Source: Callorhinchus milii (taxonomy: Eukaryota). From it: 60,000 nt of DNA. A model generated the notes under the pieces. That model had not been told where the DNA came from and did not search any database. It saw only the letters and a list, made by a program, of their open reading frames with translations. This document shows positions 24,225 through 37,080 of this stretch, piece by piece. Each line of letters opens with the position of its first letter. The stretch's first letter is position 1. The stretch spans positions 41,418,001 through 41,478,000 of the forward strand of contig NW_024704743.1 in assembly GCF_018977255.1 (NCBI RefSeq). Reading direction: 5' to 3'. The position numbers and the translations under genes were made by a program.

Positions 24225-24592
24225 GAACTGCAATCCCTTCATGCCTTGGCATCTCCTTTCCTCTCCAACCTGGTTACTCCCCACTCCACCACCTGCTGCC
24301 TCTGCTCGGCTGGCTCTTGCCTCCTGCTTGTCCCTCGGCCCCTGCACTCCAATGTCGGCAGACATGCTTTCAGCCACTGTCCCCAACACTTTGTAACTCT
24401 CTCCCTTAATCCCTCTGCCTTGCTGTCTCCTTCTGCTTTTTCAAATCATGGCTAAAAGCCTTCTTCTTCGTCTGTGCTTACAACCATCTTCCCCCTCCCC
24501 AGCTCGGAGTCAGTCTCCACCACTGTTAAGAGCCCCAAGATGCTACCCCAGGTGAAGGCCGCTATATAAATGCAAGTTGTTATTGTTGTTGC
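24225..24592 (+). mobile_element. L2 3' end (second tail type)
   Basis: LHALASPFLSNL...VGRHAFSH remnant; tail gatgctaccccaggtgaaggccgctatataaatgcaag(TTG)n. Confidence 0.85.
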
Positions 24593-25354
24593 AATGCAAG
24601 GCAATCTCATTATAACTCAGTGCACTGTATCAAATATTTCTAATTGTTTAGAAAATTAGTAGAAATGTTCAACCCGCATGTTCTGAGATTGCCACAAACT
24701 TCATTTACTAGCATTGTGTGCTGTGCGTAAGAAGCACTACTGATGTCAGTTCCTTGATAAAGTAATGTTACCAGCACTTCCTACTCATAACACAGTGCTT
24801 GGAAATGACAATATGTTGCTTTCCTTGCATAGCACCCATGTGAAGCTTGTTGGAAATGACATCTAGTTAGTCATTGTTTAGCATGTTGTTGAGCTGGTGA
24901 GCACCGGAACTGGGGTGCATTTTGCTTTTAGTGCAGGTTCATAGTCATGTGCTCTAAACAAATCGTTAATCAGGGAGAGTTCTAACAGCGCAGCCCTCTA
25001 TTCGTATTAAGCAATATCACGGTATGTGAATTCAAAAAGCACAGAATCAGTCATTCTCTAGACATGCTAACAGTCTAGGGATAATCTTAAAAGCTTCATG
25101 TGTGAAACTTTATCAAATGCATCTTGTAAATCCTAGTAATTTATGTCCCCTGGACAGCTATCATCTCTTAATTTTCATAGCCTCTTCCCAGAATGTCACT
25201 ACATTTATGAGGCATAGCCTATAAATCTAAGCCGATGAGATTATTCCTTGAGTCTCTATGCTCTTTAGATGATCATTGATAGCATCTCATAAAATGTTTT
25301 TAAGCATTTTTCTGCACTGCCAATGTTAACTCAAAGTCATGTATTGCCCCTGCA

Positions 25355-25545
25355 TTCGCTCACTCTTATTTGTATATTGGGACAGTATTCTCTTTCTTAT
25401 TGTCCTCGGGTGTAGTTTCTCTAGTCGCACAATTCTTCAAAATACTCACCAGAGTTTCACAGATTTTCTCATTCACCTCCTTGAGGATTGTAAAATGTAT
25501 CTCATCTGGTCTCGTTGCCCTCATTTAATGACTTGAGATTCCTCA
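25355..25545 (-). mobile_element. Old CR1 fragment (pre-RT region)
   Basis: Minus strand ATRPDEIHFTILKEVNEKICETLVSILKNCATRETTPEDNKKENTVPIYK, like the CR1 GPDGIHPRVLKE...VPEDWK.ANVVPIFKK motif. Confidence 0.75.
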
Positions 25546-26029
25546 TAACTCATATATACTGCCTACCTCTTCTAGATTCCTGAGTCAGAATCATCGTGCT
25601 TGGAATTTTTTCACATTATGCATTGTGAAGATTAATGAGGAAATTTCATTTAACTCTTAGATGTTTGAGAGACAACTTACATTTGGCGTTGACTAGTTCT
25701 GCACATTTTCGGCTAGTGGACTTCAATGCTGTGTGTAAAAAAAAAACAAATATCAGGAATCACGTTAGAGCGTATTATTAACCCTAATTTATTAGGTAAA
25801 ATATTTGAAAAATGTTCCAGTAAACCAATTTCAATTTAATTTTAACTTGTTTTGCTACTTTGCTCTCTTTTGACTTATTCTAAGCCATTTGTTTCTATTT
25901 GTCAAGCCCATCATATTTCTACCAAGTCCCACCATCCAGAACTGAAAAATTAGATTTAAATATATACGTACAGTACTTTTTAAAAACAAAAACTGACTAG
26001 AATTGTAAATAATCAATAACTATATGATA

Positions 26030-26380
26030 AAAGATTGACAAGTCTGTGAATATTCGTGTGGCATTATGGATCCAGCTGCACCAATGGAAGGGAGAGGGGA
26101 GTTCATCCCCATGTTGTGGACAACAATTCCCTCCCCCCCCCCCCGTAAAGATTGACCATCACTTAGATCCCGGCTATTCCTGGGATCTTGCTTTGAACAA
26201 AATGGCCATTGGACCGCCCATAATAGAGCTACCGCCACTAAGGATTAATGTTTTCATACACTGCAGAGAGAGAGTGGAGATAAGTCACTATGCTTCACAG
26301 TAAATCTTATGAAGTGTTTTGAATCCTTCTGACAATTTGGTAAAGCACTTTATCAAAAGCAAAGGTCATTATTAATTATT
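26030..26380 (+). mobile_element. Old DeuSINE fragment
   Basis: ggctattcctgggatcttgctttgaacaaaatggc Deu motif and SINE-type tail. Confidence 0.6.
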
Positions 26381-27779
26381 ACACTTCAGGGAATAGATCA
26401 AGAGGAGAGGGATCTGAAAAGATTGCTCTTCAAACGAGCCAACATAGTTATGCCTTCTTTTTTACGATACACAGTTATCGTCCTAGAGTTCGGAGAGCAT
26501 TAAGATGGCAGAAAAGTGGGTACTTTCTGGTTAACAATGGTTCCGTACTTGTGTTAAGAGCCTCAGCAATGATTTGACAGAGAAACATAGACTTTGAATG
26601 TATCCACCTGTACCTTAAATAAAAAGAATAAGGATTAAATATGTGGTTTAAAGAGAGAGTGAGTGCTTGTAACAATTCTGGAATTGTACCAAGGTGTCTA
26701 GAAATCTCTTAAACTGTGCATCCAATTCTGCTCTGCCGTGACAATTTTAGATGACCCAACAACTGTTAACATAAGTGTTTGATAGTATGTGGCTGGCTTG
26801 TAGAATATTAGCAGAAAGTGGTGAAAACATGAAAGTGACTGAGAGTGGATGAGAAGTTGACCTGATTAATACTTTATTCCAGGAAGGGGCAAAAAAACAT
26901 GTTTGTGTCTAAAGGAGGTGCAAAAAGCAGACTTCTTGGAGCAAGAAGGGAATGACCCTGATATTTGTGTTTTCTCAGTTATATTGTAAAAAGGAAGGTT
27001 AAAGTGTTAGGATAGCTAGACTAGTTGCACTTATAGATAATGTAGGGTACAACACCTCTTGAGAATGAAAACAAACCAACCAAACAACACATTTTGCAGG
27101 AAAAATGTGTCTTGGGAAAAGAAAAGGCTTTGCATTGATTTGTTTTGTCATAGAATGACCACAGCAACCAATTCTTCACTCTTCTCATGTGATACAAAAC
27201 TTTCATGACTAAATTAAGACAAAGGCAAGTGTAATCATAAGGATGGGAAGAGTTAAAATATTCTTCTAATAATAACTGTTGTTTCACTTTTTAGAAAAGT
27301 TTGTTTCATGGCAGCTATGTATCTTTCCTCACATTCAAAAACTTAAAAGCTGCTTTTTAAGGCTAAATAATAAATTATGGAACTTAAAAGGTTGTTTGGA
27401 ATCTCGCAGAGTGCCTGTTAGAAGCTGTTAATACAGTATTGGCCTGGACTTAATGCAGTTTCAGAATATACAACAAGAGGCTCAGATGCACTTCTTGACT
27501 TATTGAGTAAACTACTTTCACTCACAGAGTGAATGGTCATCCCTTAGGAATGAAAAGTGAAGCTTGCACAGTTTTTTCCATTGCATAATGTGAAAGGTTA
27601 GAAAATAGTGAATATCAAACTGCTTTATAAATTTTTCATGTGACCAGGCACTACATTTTATTTTTTAAGAAATTATTGAGGCAAAGAGCAGCCACATCAA
27701 ATAGTTTCAAAACTATTACACAGCGCTCCTCCATGAGTTTAAGTATGTGTACAGGCAGTGCAATCCAGTTCCAGAATGT

Positions 27780-28046
27780 CTATTTTCACCCAAGGGGTAG
27801 TGGAAATCTGGAACATTCTCCCCCAAAAGGCTGTGGATGCTGGATCCATTCACATTTTCATGAAGGATGCAGATATATATTTTTGTTAGGTCAGGGTATT
27901 AACAGATATTATGAGATATTGAGAATGCAAGGAGATGGGGCAAGGGCGGGTAACTGGACGTGAGGTACAGATCAGCCATGATCTTATAAAATGGCGGAAC
28001 AGGCTTGAGTGGCTGAATAGACAACTCCTGTTTCCATGTTTCTATT
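27780..28046 (+). mobile_element. CR1 3' fragment
   Basis: FTQGVVEIWNILPQKAVDA remnant; UTR cagatcagccatgatctt...atggcggaacaggcttgag. Confidence 0.9.
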
Positions 28047-28186
28047 GTGGGACACCTTGAGTAGAGGTAGAAAATATGTTTTATTCTACATACAGGAACT
28101 TAGGAAAGAGTTATGATGCTCAAATTCAGATGTTGAAACAATTCTATTCAACTTCCTCCATGTTGTAAATGAAATGTGTGCTCATC

Positions 28187-28742
28187 GTGTTGCAGTTTTG
28201 GTCTCCTTATTTAAAAAAAGGACATACTTGCCCTAGAGGGGTTGCAGCGTAGATTCACTAGGTTAGTTCCTGGGTTGAGGGGACTGACCTATGAGGATAG
28301 GCGGAATAAACTAGGGCTATATTCTCTAGAGTACAGAAGAATTAGGGGAGATCTTATTGAAACATATAAGATTCTTAAAGGGCTGGATAACGTAGACACT
28401 GAGGGTCTGTTTCCCCTGGTAGGAGAATCTATAACCAGGGGTCACAACCTTAAAATTAAGGGTCAGCCTTTTAGAACAGAGTTGAGGAAACATTTCTTCA
28501 CTCAGAGGGTAGTGAATTTATGGAATTCACTACCCCAGAAGGCTGTAGATGCTCAGTCCTTGAACATCTTCAAGGCTGAGACTGATAGATTTTTAAAAAA
28601 TAGAGGGATTAGGGGATATGGGGATAGGGCAGGTAATTAGAGTTAGGTCTGAAGATCTGCCATGATCTTATCGAATGGCGGGGCAGGCTCGAGGGGCCGA
28701 ATGGCCTACTCCTCCTAATTCTTATGTTCTTATGTTCCTATG
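28187..28742 (+). mobile_element. 5'-truncated, well-preserved CR1 LINE (ORF2 C-terminus, 3' UTR, (TTCTTATG)n tail)
   Basis: ORF 28242-28640 QRRFTRLVPGLRGLTYEDR..LGLYSLEYRRIRGDLIETYKILKG...TRGHNLK...FFTQRVVNLWNSLP; 8-bp tail repeat. Confidence 0.97.
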
Positions 28743-28968
28743 CACTAAATGAAGAAATAGAATAATCTTACATTTGATATTGCGCTTTTCACATCAGGGG
28801 AATGAATGTCTCCTCACACTGGAACGTTGAACGCACTTTGACTGCTGATATATTAAGGACAATTTTCGAAAGTAGGACCTAAAATACTGATGAGATGAGA
28901 TGATGAAGGAAGTAACGAACTGTACCCTCTATGGAATATCTGATGGAGTTTGAGGAGAGCTGACACAA

Positions 28969-30850
28969 CAACAACAACAAAATTACATTTGTATAGCGCT
29001 TTTCACGATTTCCCAAGGCCCTGGACAGACAGAGATTTGGGCCCGAGCTGGGGGTCAGGGTTGGGGAGGGTGGAAGGCAGGGGGGGAAGCAGGGAGATTG
29101 AAAGCACGGTCGAAGAAGATGGTTTTGGGATGGGTCTCGAAGGAGGCAAGAGAAGGACTGCGGGATGGAGTTGCAGAGGGTGGGGGCAGAATGGCAGAAT
29201 GCCTGCCCATCAATAGTGGGGCAACCGAGGCAGGGGACGGGAAGCAAGCCGGAGCCCATTTGGCGGATGGAGCGAGCAGGAGGTAGGGTATTAGGAGGTC
29301 CCAGAGGTAGGGGGAAGCAAGACCATGGAGGGCCTTGAAGATGAGTACCAAGATCTTGAACTGTATCCTCTGTGTGATGGGAAGCCAGAGGAGTCAGGCG
29401 AGAATGGGGTTGATAGGGACACAGAGCCTGGTGTGGGAGAGGACTCGGGCTGCAGCCTATGGTGGGAGAAGTGGGGAGGCCAACAAGCAAGGAGTTTGCA
29501 TAGTCCAGCCTCAACGTAATAAAAGCTTGTTTGAGGGTTTTGGTGACCTGTGGAGTGAGACAGTGGTGAAGCCGGGCAATGTTGCGGAGGTGGCGGAAGG
29601 CAGAGCGGGTCATGGCATAGATGTGGGGTAGGAAGGATAGTTAAGGGTCAAAGAAGACCCCAAGGTTCTGGGCTGGTTTAGCAAGTTGGAGTGTGCAACC
29701 ATGGACGGTGATGTTGTCAGCGCCTGTGGTGAGGATTTGCTAACAGGAGCCAATCAGGAAAACCTCAGTCTTGTTGATGTTCAACTGTAGAAAGTTAGCT
29801 CTCATCCAGGACTTGATGTCTGACAGACATTCTGTCAGGACAGCAGTGGTCCTGGAGTCAAGGGTGGAGGCAGAGAGGTAGAGTTGCGTGTCATCTGCGT
29901 ACATGTGGAAGTTGACCTCATGTCTGCAGATGATGTCACCAAGAAGGAACATATAGATATTGAAGAGGAGGGGACCAAGGACAGAGCCCTGAGGAATGCT
30001 GCACAAGATGGTGCGGGGGCCAGAGGAGAAACTGTTTGAGGAGGTGAAGTGGAGGCAGTGTGAGAGGTATGATCTGAACTAATCAACGACGGTGCCATGG
30101 AGGTTGAGGTGAGAGGAGAGGCGATGGATGAGGATAGAGTGGTTGACAGCGTCGAAGGCAGCAGAGAGGTTAAGGAGGATGAGGACTCAGAGGAGCCCTG
30201 GTTGCAGATGGACAGAATGTCATTTTTCACTTTGACTAGGGCTGTTTCTGTGCTGTGGGCGGCACGGAAACCTGATTCGAGAGGTTCGTGAAGGGAGTGG
30301 TGGGAGAAGAAGGAACAAAGCTGGAAAGCAGCAACTTGTTCTCGGACCTTGGAAAGGAAGGGGAGGTTGGAGATGAGGCAGTTGTTTTAGAGTAGAGATG
30401 AGTCCAGGGAGGGTTTTTTTTTAAGGATAGGAGTGATGACGGCCATTTTTTATTTTTAATAGGGTAGGAACCATGGGACAGGGAGAGGTTTATGATGTCT
30501 GTGAGTAGAGGGGCAAGGAGGAGGAGCTGGGAGGTAAGGAGAGGAGTAGGAATGGGGTCGTGAGAGCAGGTGCTCGTTTTCAAGCGGGTTATAGCGGTGG
30601 TGAGAGAGGAGTGGGAGACAGGATGGAAGATTGGAGGGAGGGATGGATAAGGACCAGGGTGGGAGGGGTAGATGCGGAGGGTGTAGCAGATGGAAGGGCA
30701 GAGGCAGCTGAGCGGATCCCCTCAACTTTGGATTTGAGGAAGTCCAGCATCGCCACTCAGTTGGCTTTGAGGTGAGGATGGGCAAAGCATGAGAAGGTGG
30801 GTGGAGGAGCCAGTTGGTGATGGAGAAGAGGAGCCTGGGGTTCCCTTGTT
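28969..30850 (-). mobile_element. 5'-truncated L2 LINE (~1.9 kb) with disrupted RT ORF2
   Basis: NPRLLFS, PQGSVLGPLLFNIYM, HMYADDTQLY, FLQLNINKTE, AFITLRLDYANSLL across several frameshifts; (TTG)n tail; candidate TSD TGACACAA/TGTCACAA. Confidence 0.97.
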
Positions 30851-31739
30851 TGTCACAAGGCAGAACGTTGAGAAACTATTTAATTTGCTGCCACAGAAAA
30901 CCCTGATTTTGATACACAAGAGATTCCCCCATCTCCCTGAAGCAAAGAGTAAAACCGTTCTTATCATGGATCATCTGGTAAATCGACATCCCATCAGTAT
31001 GTTCAGGATGGAGTAATGCTCTTTTCCATGTAAAAAGCACCAATTCATCACTTATTAAAGAGACTTCATTCACTTGATGAAATTTATTTGAATTGTTTTA
31101 CAGGTTTGCTAACATAGGTGTACAATTACATTGTTTCTTGCGTGCTAACATCAATGCTTCACTGATCCATGCCTGAGTTAAAACTGATGCCCTTATCAGG
31201 AAAACTGTATTGCTGAATTGCCGTGCATGATAACATCTGTTGCATAGCCTCCCCAATGATCTTCTGAATGATCTTTCAAACAATTCTTTAAATAATTTAC
31301 ATGATTCCGTGTAACATTTACAATATGTTGGACTCGTTTTATAGCTGACTGACGGAACAGTTAAAATAGTAACTTTTGTGAATGTTCTATTCGATGTGAA
31401 TGATAAAATAAGCATAATACTGCGCAGTTTGTACCTATGTGTTTATTTACAATTGTTGTGCTGTACATAACTGACAAAACAATGCGGTTTAAGATGCAAT
31501 GCGGAGACACAGAAGCAGCTGCAGAGCCAAGTGGTTCAGTGAACACAGAGAGAACTGACTCTGATAATGAAAGCAGAATTTTGCTTTGCACAGAAATCAC
31601 AGGAGAAGCTCAGGTGAAGAACATCCTTTGGCTCATTTCAATTCATCATTCTAGATAACTACCACTACTAGCATCCTGATACTACATCAAGCTGTTTCTT
31701 AAACTAATCCTTTTCTTGGTTTTAATTGCCTGCTGTCTG

Positions 31740-31786
31740 TTCCAGCTGATGGTAGCCCATTCCAGCTAATGGTAGCCCATTCCAGC
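31740..31786. repeat. 20-bp tandem duplication
   Basis: ttccagctRatggtagccca x2.3. Confidence 0.9.
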
Positions 31787-31850
31787 AGTGTAAATAACTA
31801 CTTGCCAGCATTTGCTCTAAATTTGTCCTTCTCAATACTGAACCTTTTGT

Positions 31851-32013
31851 CAGGCCGCCTATAACTAATAGTGTTCTTAAAATGATCTTAAGTTATGGAG
31901 AATAATGCAGATTGAGAGAAAACTCTTGTTATTCTTAAATGACAGAAGCGGCGGCATGTGGTAGAACTTATGCTTTGAAGAAAGGCGAGCTTATTAGGGA
32001 GAGGCGGAACCTG
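31851..32013. mobile_element. Possible ancient MITE (imperfect inverted repeat)
   Basis: Left caggccgcctataactaatag vs reverse complement of right caggttccgcctctccctaataag; inner agaataa/ttattct arms. Confidence 0.4.
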
Positions 32014-32447
32014 CAGTACAACTGTTGGACTAGCTTGAAAGTAAAAGGAGCAGCAATGTTGACTTGCAAAGATCCTGAAGATCCAGCAATCTGGTCAAGA
32101 ACATCTGTTATTCAAATCCACAATAATCCACAAATTTGTTTCTCTCAGTTAAGGGAAGGAAGTTTTTCCTGAAAGATTACCATAAAATATAGTATGTTCA
32201 AAAAGAGTATATATTGGTTTACACAGGATTTGCAAATTTTAATTCCTGAAGGTAAACTAAGTTTATGACTCTGACCCATTGGGTATTCTACTCCAAGGTA
32301 AAATACTTTTTGTTGTGTAAGAGGAGAGATAGTGTGATGCACTTCTGGTTAATTATTTTGCAAATTCAGTTGCCAATGTCATAATAGTTTGTCCTCCCAA
32401 TGTGAAAGGTGCTATACAAATGTAATCTTGTCGTTGTTATTTTAGTT

Positions 32448-32820
32448 GTGGAGTCCTGAGCTCAGTGGTTGGAGGACTTATCTTGCAAGCGAGAGACTGG
32501 ATTCTATTCCCGGCAGGGTGAAATGTTGGGCAAGTTTCCTTTCTCCACACACCTCTGTTTACCTAGCAATAAGTAGGAACACACTTGTTAGTCATTTGGC
32601 GGATCACTTTTCCATGGATAATAATCCCTAAAAGAAAAAATTGGTCACTCAATCCAAGACTGTTTGTGGGACACTGCTGTGCGCAATTGGCTACCGTGTT
32701 TTGCCCACAAATATACAGTCAATTGTCAATTCACTTTACAGTATCATTTGTGAAGTGCTTCGAGAAGTTTAGAAGACGTGCAAAGCGCTATTTCAAATGT
32801 AAGAATTATTATTATTATTA
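32448..32820 (+). mobile_element. Full-length chimeric SINE, long (older) form
   Basis: Carries the extra ctctgtttacctagcaataagtaggaac...ggcggatcacttttcc segment; tail loop TAGAA. Confidence 0.93.
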
Positions 32821-33994
32821 ATTCAGTCATAAAATGGTTAATTCACAGCCATCTTGCAGTAGTTCACTAGTTTTATTTCATAACAAAGGGAAATCAATTT
32901 CCGGCACAGCCACAGCGTTTATTGGGAAAGATCACTTAAAATGTCAATACAATGTAATGAAGTGTAAGCTTACTTTAGAAACCTTTAAAAATATTTTCCC
33001 TGGCAATCCACTTGCCAAAGAATTTAGAGTCTCAGGAAGTAGTATACAGTTGTATATTGCTATTGGTGCTATGTAAGGTCAAGTTATGAATTTCTTTCCC
33101 TTATTTCTTAGGTTTACTTGCGAATTCTGCTGACGTACAATCGTAGATCTTAAAAGTAACCTAGTGTTCTCTTTGTGTTATTTAATTTTGCCTCACATTG
33201 TTTGGACTTAGTGAGTAATACGTCAACCAAATGTCTTTCTTATTCCCCTCTTGCAAGCCAAGAGGTAAGCAGTCATAACCTGTTATACAAATTCTTAATT
33301 TCAAATGACGTTTATGCAGCTTTTCTGATAGAGTCCCAAAGAATAACACTGGCCACGATTGCAAGGAGACACATACAGTCAGAATGTATGAAAAGCCAAT
33401 TGAGAAGCATACATCTGCGGCCTGTTTATTAAATGGGTGAACAATTCATCCATGATATACTGGAATTGCGGCACACTTCTGTCTTGCAGTGTCGTCTGAC
33501 CAGTTTCTTGCACGTACTATGCAGATGAAAGGTGGCCTTCTGGTGTCTTGCTGTGTCTTTGGAAGCACTGAAATTGTTCGCAAGTGTGGTTGCTGACTCC
33601 GAGTCCATAATACAGTGATGGTCGTGGTGATCTGCGACATAAAATACTGACCATTTTTATTGAGCAACGTATTGTAATCCAGGGTCTAATTGTATGGGAT
33701 CTGCCTGTATGTGGCTTCTTACAATCATGGCCAGTGTTTTTTCTATCATGCTCTTTATGAAACAAACTGCATAAACTTCATTTGCTAGCCTCTGATATTG
33801 AAATATGTTTCTCAATTTCTCACGCCAATCCCAACATTTCAATCTCAAACCAGAAATCACAATTTGTGCACTGGTTTCCTGTTTGTGAAAAACACATTTT
33901 CAAGCCCAATCTACCAATCACCTTATTAAAAAAAAAGCATTATGCCGAACAGCAATGGTATTGTGGATAGAGCTCGCTGATTGGAATGAAAACC

Positions 33995-34660
33995 TGTTCT
34001 GAGTTTGTTGGTCTCAGTCAGGGCTGCTTTGGGAGGCTATATTGTCCCCAGACTTCCCAAGATTAGGGAGGGTGAAATCAGCAGGGTTTCCTGGTCCTGA
34101 TCCCTCTTCAGCACCTTTTTCTTGTATGTGTGGGAGCTGGTTGGGGAGATGTCAGGGAGGCTTTGATGCCCTTTGCAGTTAAGTAATTTGCCGACAGTCA
34201 CTGCCAAGGCTCACATCTGACTTATAGTAATAACAATTCTTGCATTTGATATAACACTTTATCACGTCTTCAAGTGGTCTCAAAGCGTTTCACAGAATAT
34301 ATTGTAAAATGAATTTACTGTATATTTTGTGGGTGAAACACCGTAGCCAATTATGCACAGCAGTGTCCCACAAACAGTTGTCGATTGAGTAACCAATTTT
34401 TTTTTAAGGAATTATTACCTCTGGAAAAGCGATCCGGCAATCAACTGACAACCGAGTTCCTACTTACTGCTAGGTAAACAGTTTGGAGTAAGCTAACTCG
34501 CCCAAAGTTTTGCCCTGTTGGGAATCAAACCCAGGTCTCTTGCTTGCGAGGCGAGTGGCCTAGCTGCTAAGCTACAGGACTCCACGTCAACGAGTACTGG
34601 AGGGCAACCAGCGTCCCAGCAAGAAGAGGCTGGGGCTCAGAAGCAGAGGCAAAAGCCAGT
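33995..34660 (+). mobile_element. Unclassified old SINE-like repeat (family U2), split by a SINE insertion
   Basis: agggagggtgaaatcagcagggtttcctggtcctgat resembles 59250-59295; appears to resume gagtactggagggc after 34585. Confidence 0.55.
34225..34585 (-). mobile_element. Full-length chimeric SINE, long form
   Basis: Head, extended CORE-like segment, Deu-like body and tail. Confidence 0.93.
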
Positions 34661-35496
34661 GGATAGAAAATTAATTGGATAATTTTTTTAAAAAGAAAAA
34701 TACAGTATTATTATTAGCTGAATGAAGCTCTGAATCATATCTTAAAAGAGAAAAACAGATCTGCACTTTATATTTGTCATTGCTAATTTCACAAAACGTG
34801 ATATGCCTGTGAAGGTACTGTTGCCACGTGACACTGGGTACTGCCTGATGGACTCAATGCTGAGGTAGATTAACTTTAAATACTTTTGTCACTGCACAAA
34901 ACTACATGCACTTCCCAGATGAAGCACTGTAATGAACATTACCTATGAGATCTGGAGAGACATCACTGTACATTAAATTGTTGCATGGATGATTTTTGAG
35001 CTGCTGGGTATTGGGAACTCCTTAAGTAAAATAGACTGCTGATTGCATAAATGATGTGAATCTTTTATACAAACACAATTTCTAGCAGACAGTCAACATA
35101 TTCATGCACAACTGCATTCAGAGAGGTGTAAAAAAATTACATAGGAACAAAAGGAATGAAAGCTATTTGTTGGCATTATTCTGCTCTTAAATCACATACT
35201 TTAACAGGAGGCAAATGTGTAACTTGTTTCTTCCTCTTCACACCACTGTTGCTCTTTGCAATCCTCAATGACATTTTCAGTAAACTCTTTGTGTTCACAC
35301 TTGTAATCGTCAAACGTTCCATGTGTTCTGGTAGAAATGATGAAATGCTGTAATGTAATTCATACAGCATGTCTTTAGTAGCTGGCATGTTGTCTTACTG
35401 GTTTGTCCTTCCAACTTTTCACATCCTTCTGACGTGAAAGGCACTATACAAATGTAATCTTGTTGTCGTTGCTTGTGAATTGTTTTGTTTTGAAAC

Positions 35497-35835
35497 TCCA
35501 GTCCAGTGCTGGGGGACCACAGCATTGCCTGAGGTACCGTCCTTTGGATGAAACATTAAGACCACGGTCTCGTCTGGCTATTCAGGTGGACACTAAAGAT
35601 CCCATGGCACTATTCAAAAAGAAAAGAGAAGAGGGATTTCTTCTGGTGTGCTTAATCCACACAACATTGATCATTCTATTTGTGACTGACTGTGGGACCT
35701 TGCTATGCACAAATTAGCTGCAGTGTTCACCTACCATGTACATAGTCACTATATTTTACAATAAATCCTATGAAGTGCTTTGAGATGTTTATATGACATG
35801 ACAAACACAGTATGAAAATGCAATGATTAATTATT
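35497..35835 (+). mobile_element. Old DeuSINE (SacSINE1-like), headless
   Basis: ggatgaaacattaagacc...caggtggacactaaagatcccatggcactattc...gtgggaccttgctatgcacaaattagctgc. Confidence 0.8.
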
Positions 35836-36419
35836 TATGTTTATGTGGAGCGAGAGGCAGCAAAATATCTGAGCACATCATGGTGCAAAGTATCACTGTT
35901 GGAATATAGTACTTTTAATTCCCTGTGTTTTGCTTCTATTAGTCACATTTGAAATTAAATTGAGTATATATCTCCCTCTCCCGAATACTGTTCCACATCC
36001 GTAAACTTATGCTGTGTTTCTGTTATGCTAGTTCTGGCGAATGGCCCCTAGTTTTGTCCAGACTGTGTTAACCTGGGTTGAAGTGTGTGAATTGCAACTT
36101 GAATCTTGCTGTCAATAACACTGTAACAGTGGAGTCTGTCTCTACTCCCATAACTGTCCCTTTGATAGTTCTTTGTTGGTCCAACTCACCACCCACTAAC
36201 TGTCAGGAGACCATTTTGTAATGTTAGTGAAGGCATCTGATGTGGACTTCCTGCTCTACATTGCTTCTCTACAGGTAACAATTTAATTGTGCTTTCAGCA
36301 GTATAAACAAGAAAATATGTCTATTCCCCACAACAACCAGCTTGGAATCTGAGAGAATGTCAAGTTAAGATCAATTATTATGGAGTCGTAGAAAGTTTAC
36401 ATCATATTTGACCATCATC

Positions 36420-36610
36420 CTTATGTTGGGTCTCAATTCCCCACTGGAGCTATCTATTATAATCCCTTTTGCCTATTTTATCCCTCCTACTATACTGTTG
36501 TTGCTGTATTTATCCAATTCCCTTTTATATGCTGCTATGAACTCGTCTTCAAAATCTGTTTGGAATAAAGGATTCCACATTGTAACAAAGCTCTATGTGA
36601 AAAATATCCC
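36420..36610 (-). mobile_element. Degenerate CR1 3' fragment
   Basis: Minus strand FFT*SFVTMWNPL...IAAYKRELDKY. Confidence 0.7.
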
Positions 36611-36899
36611 TTTTTAAAATCTGGTAATAACGCAATTAGTGCAGGTTTAAGAATTTGATTGTGCGAGCACATACCCACCCGTCAGCAGATTAAAATTGTA
36701 TCAATTTTCAATAAATAGATTTCCGTTTAGCGCAATTTGCTTGTTAGACTACAGCTCCAAAACGTGCCCAGAAATGTGCATCCCTGACAGCAGGCTTTCT
36801 GGCTCTCTGGGTAACTTATGCTTTCAGAAAGGGCTGTAGTTAAATATTATGGTCTATATTAATACCTCTTTCTTTCAATTAGTTTCAGGTGTGGAGTGT

Positions 36900-37080
36900 G
36901 TGCTCTTTTGAAATCTTTATCGTCTCCCTGAACATGCAGACAGGATTTTGGTTTAATGTCTCATCCGAAGGTCTGGAGTGTCAGCCTAGACTGTGAGTTC
37001 TAAGTCCTGAGGATAGGACTTGACTCCATAGCCTTGTAATTCATCAGCGAGAGTGCTATCAACTGAGCCAATCTGATAAC
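36900..37080 (-). mobile_element. Old DeuSINE 5' fragment
   Basis: Minus strand ttggctcagttgatagcactctcgc head and cggatgagacattaaacc. Confidence 0.7.

Noticed and set aside
25441..25530. Minus-strand exon with GTGAGT donor
   Set aside because: The reading frame is an old CR1 ORF2 fragment that continues through the apparent donor
28242..30785. Host protein-coding genes from the longer ORFs
   Set aside because: All are frameshifted CR1/L2 ORF2 pieces or their antisense and alternative frames
33490..33596. TGF-beta-like C-terminus (SCCV...IVRKCGC*) after an acceptor
   Set aside because: Only about 10 residues lie between CC and CGC versus roughly 30 in cystine-knot ligands; other cysteines are absent; likely chance
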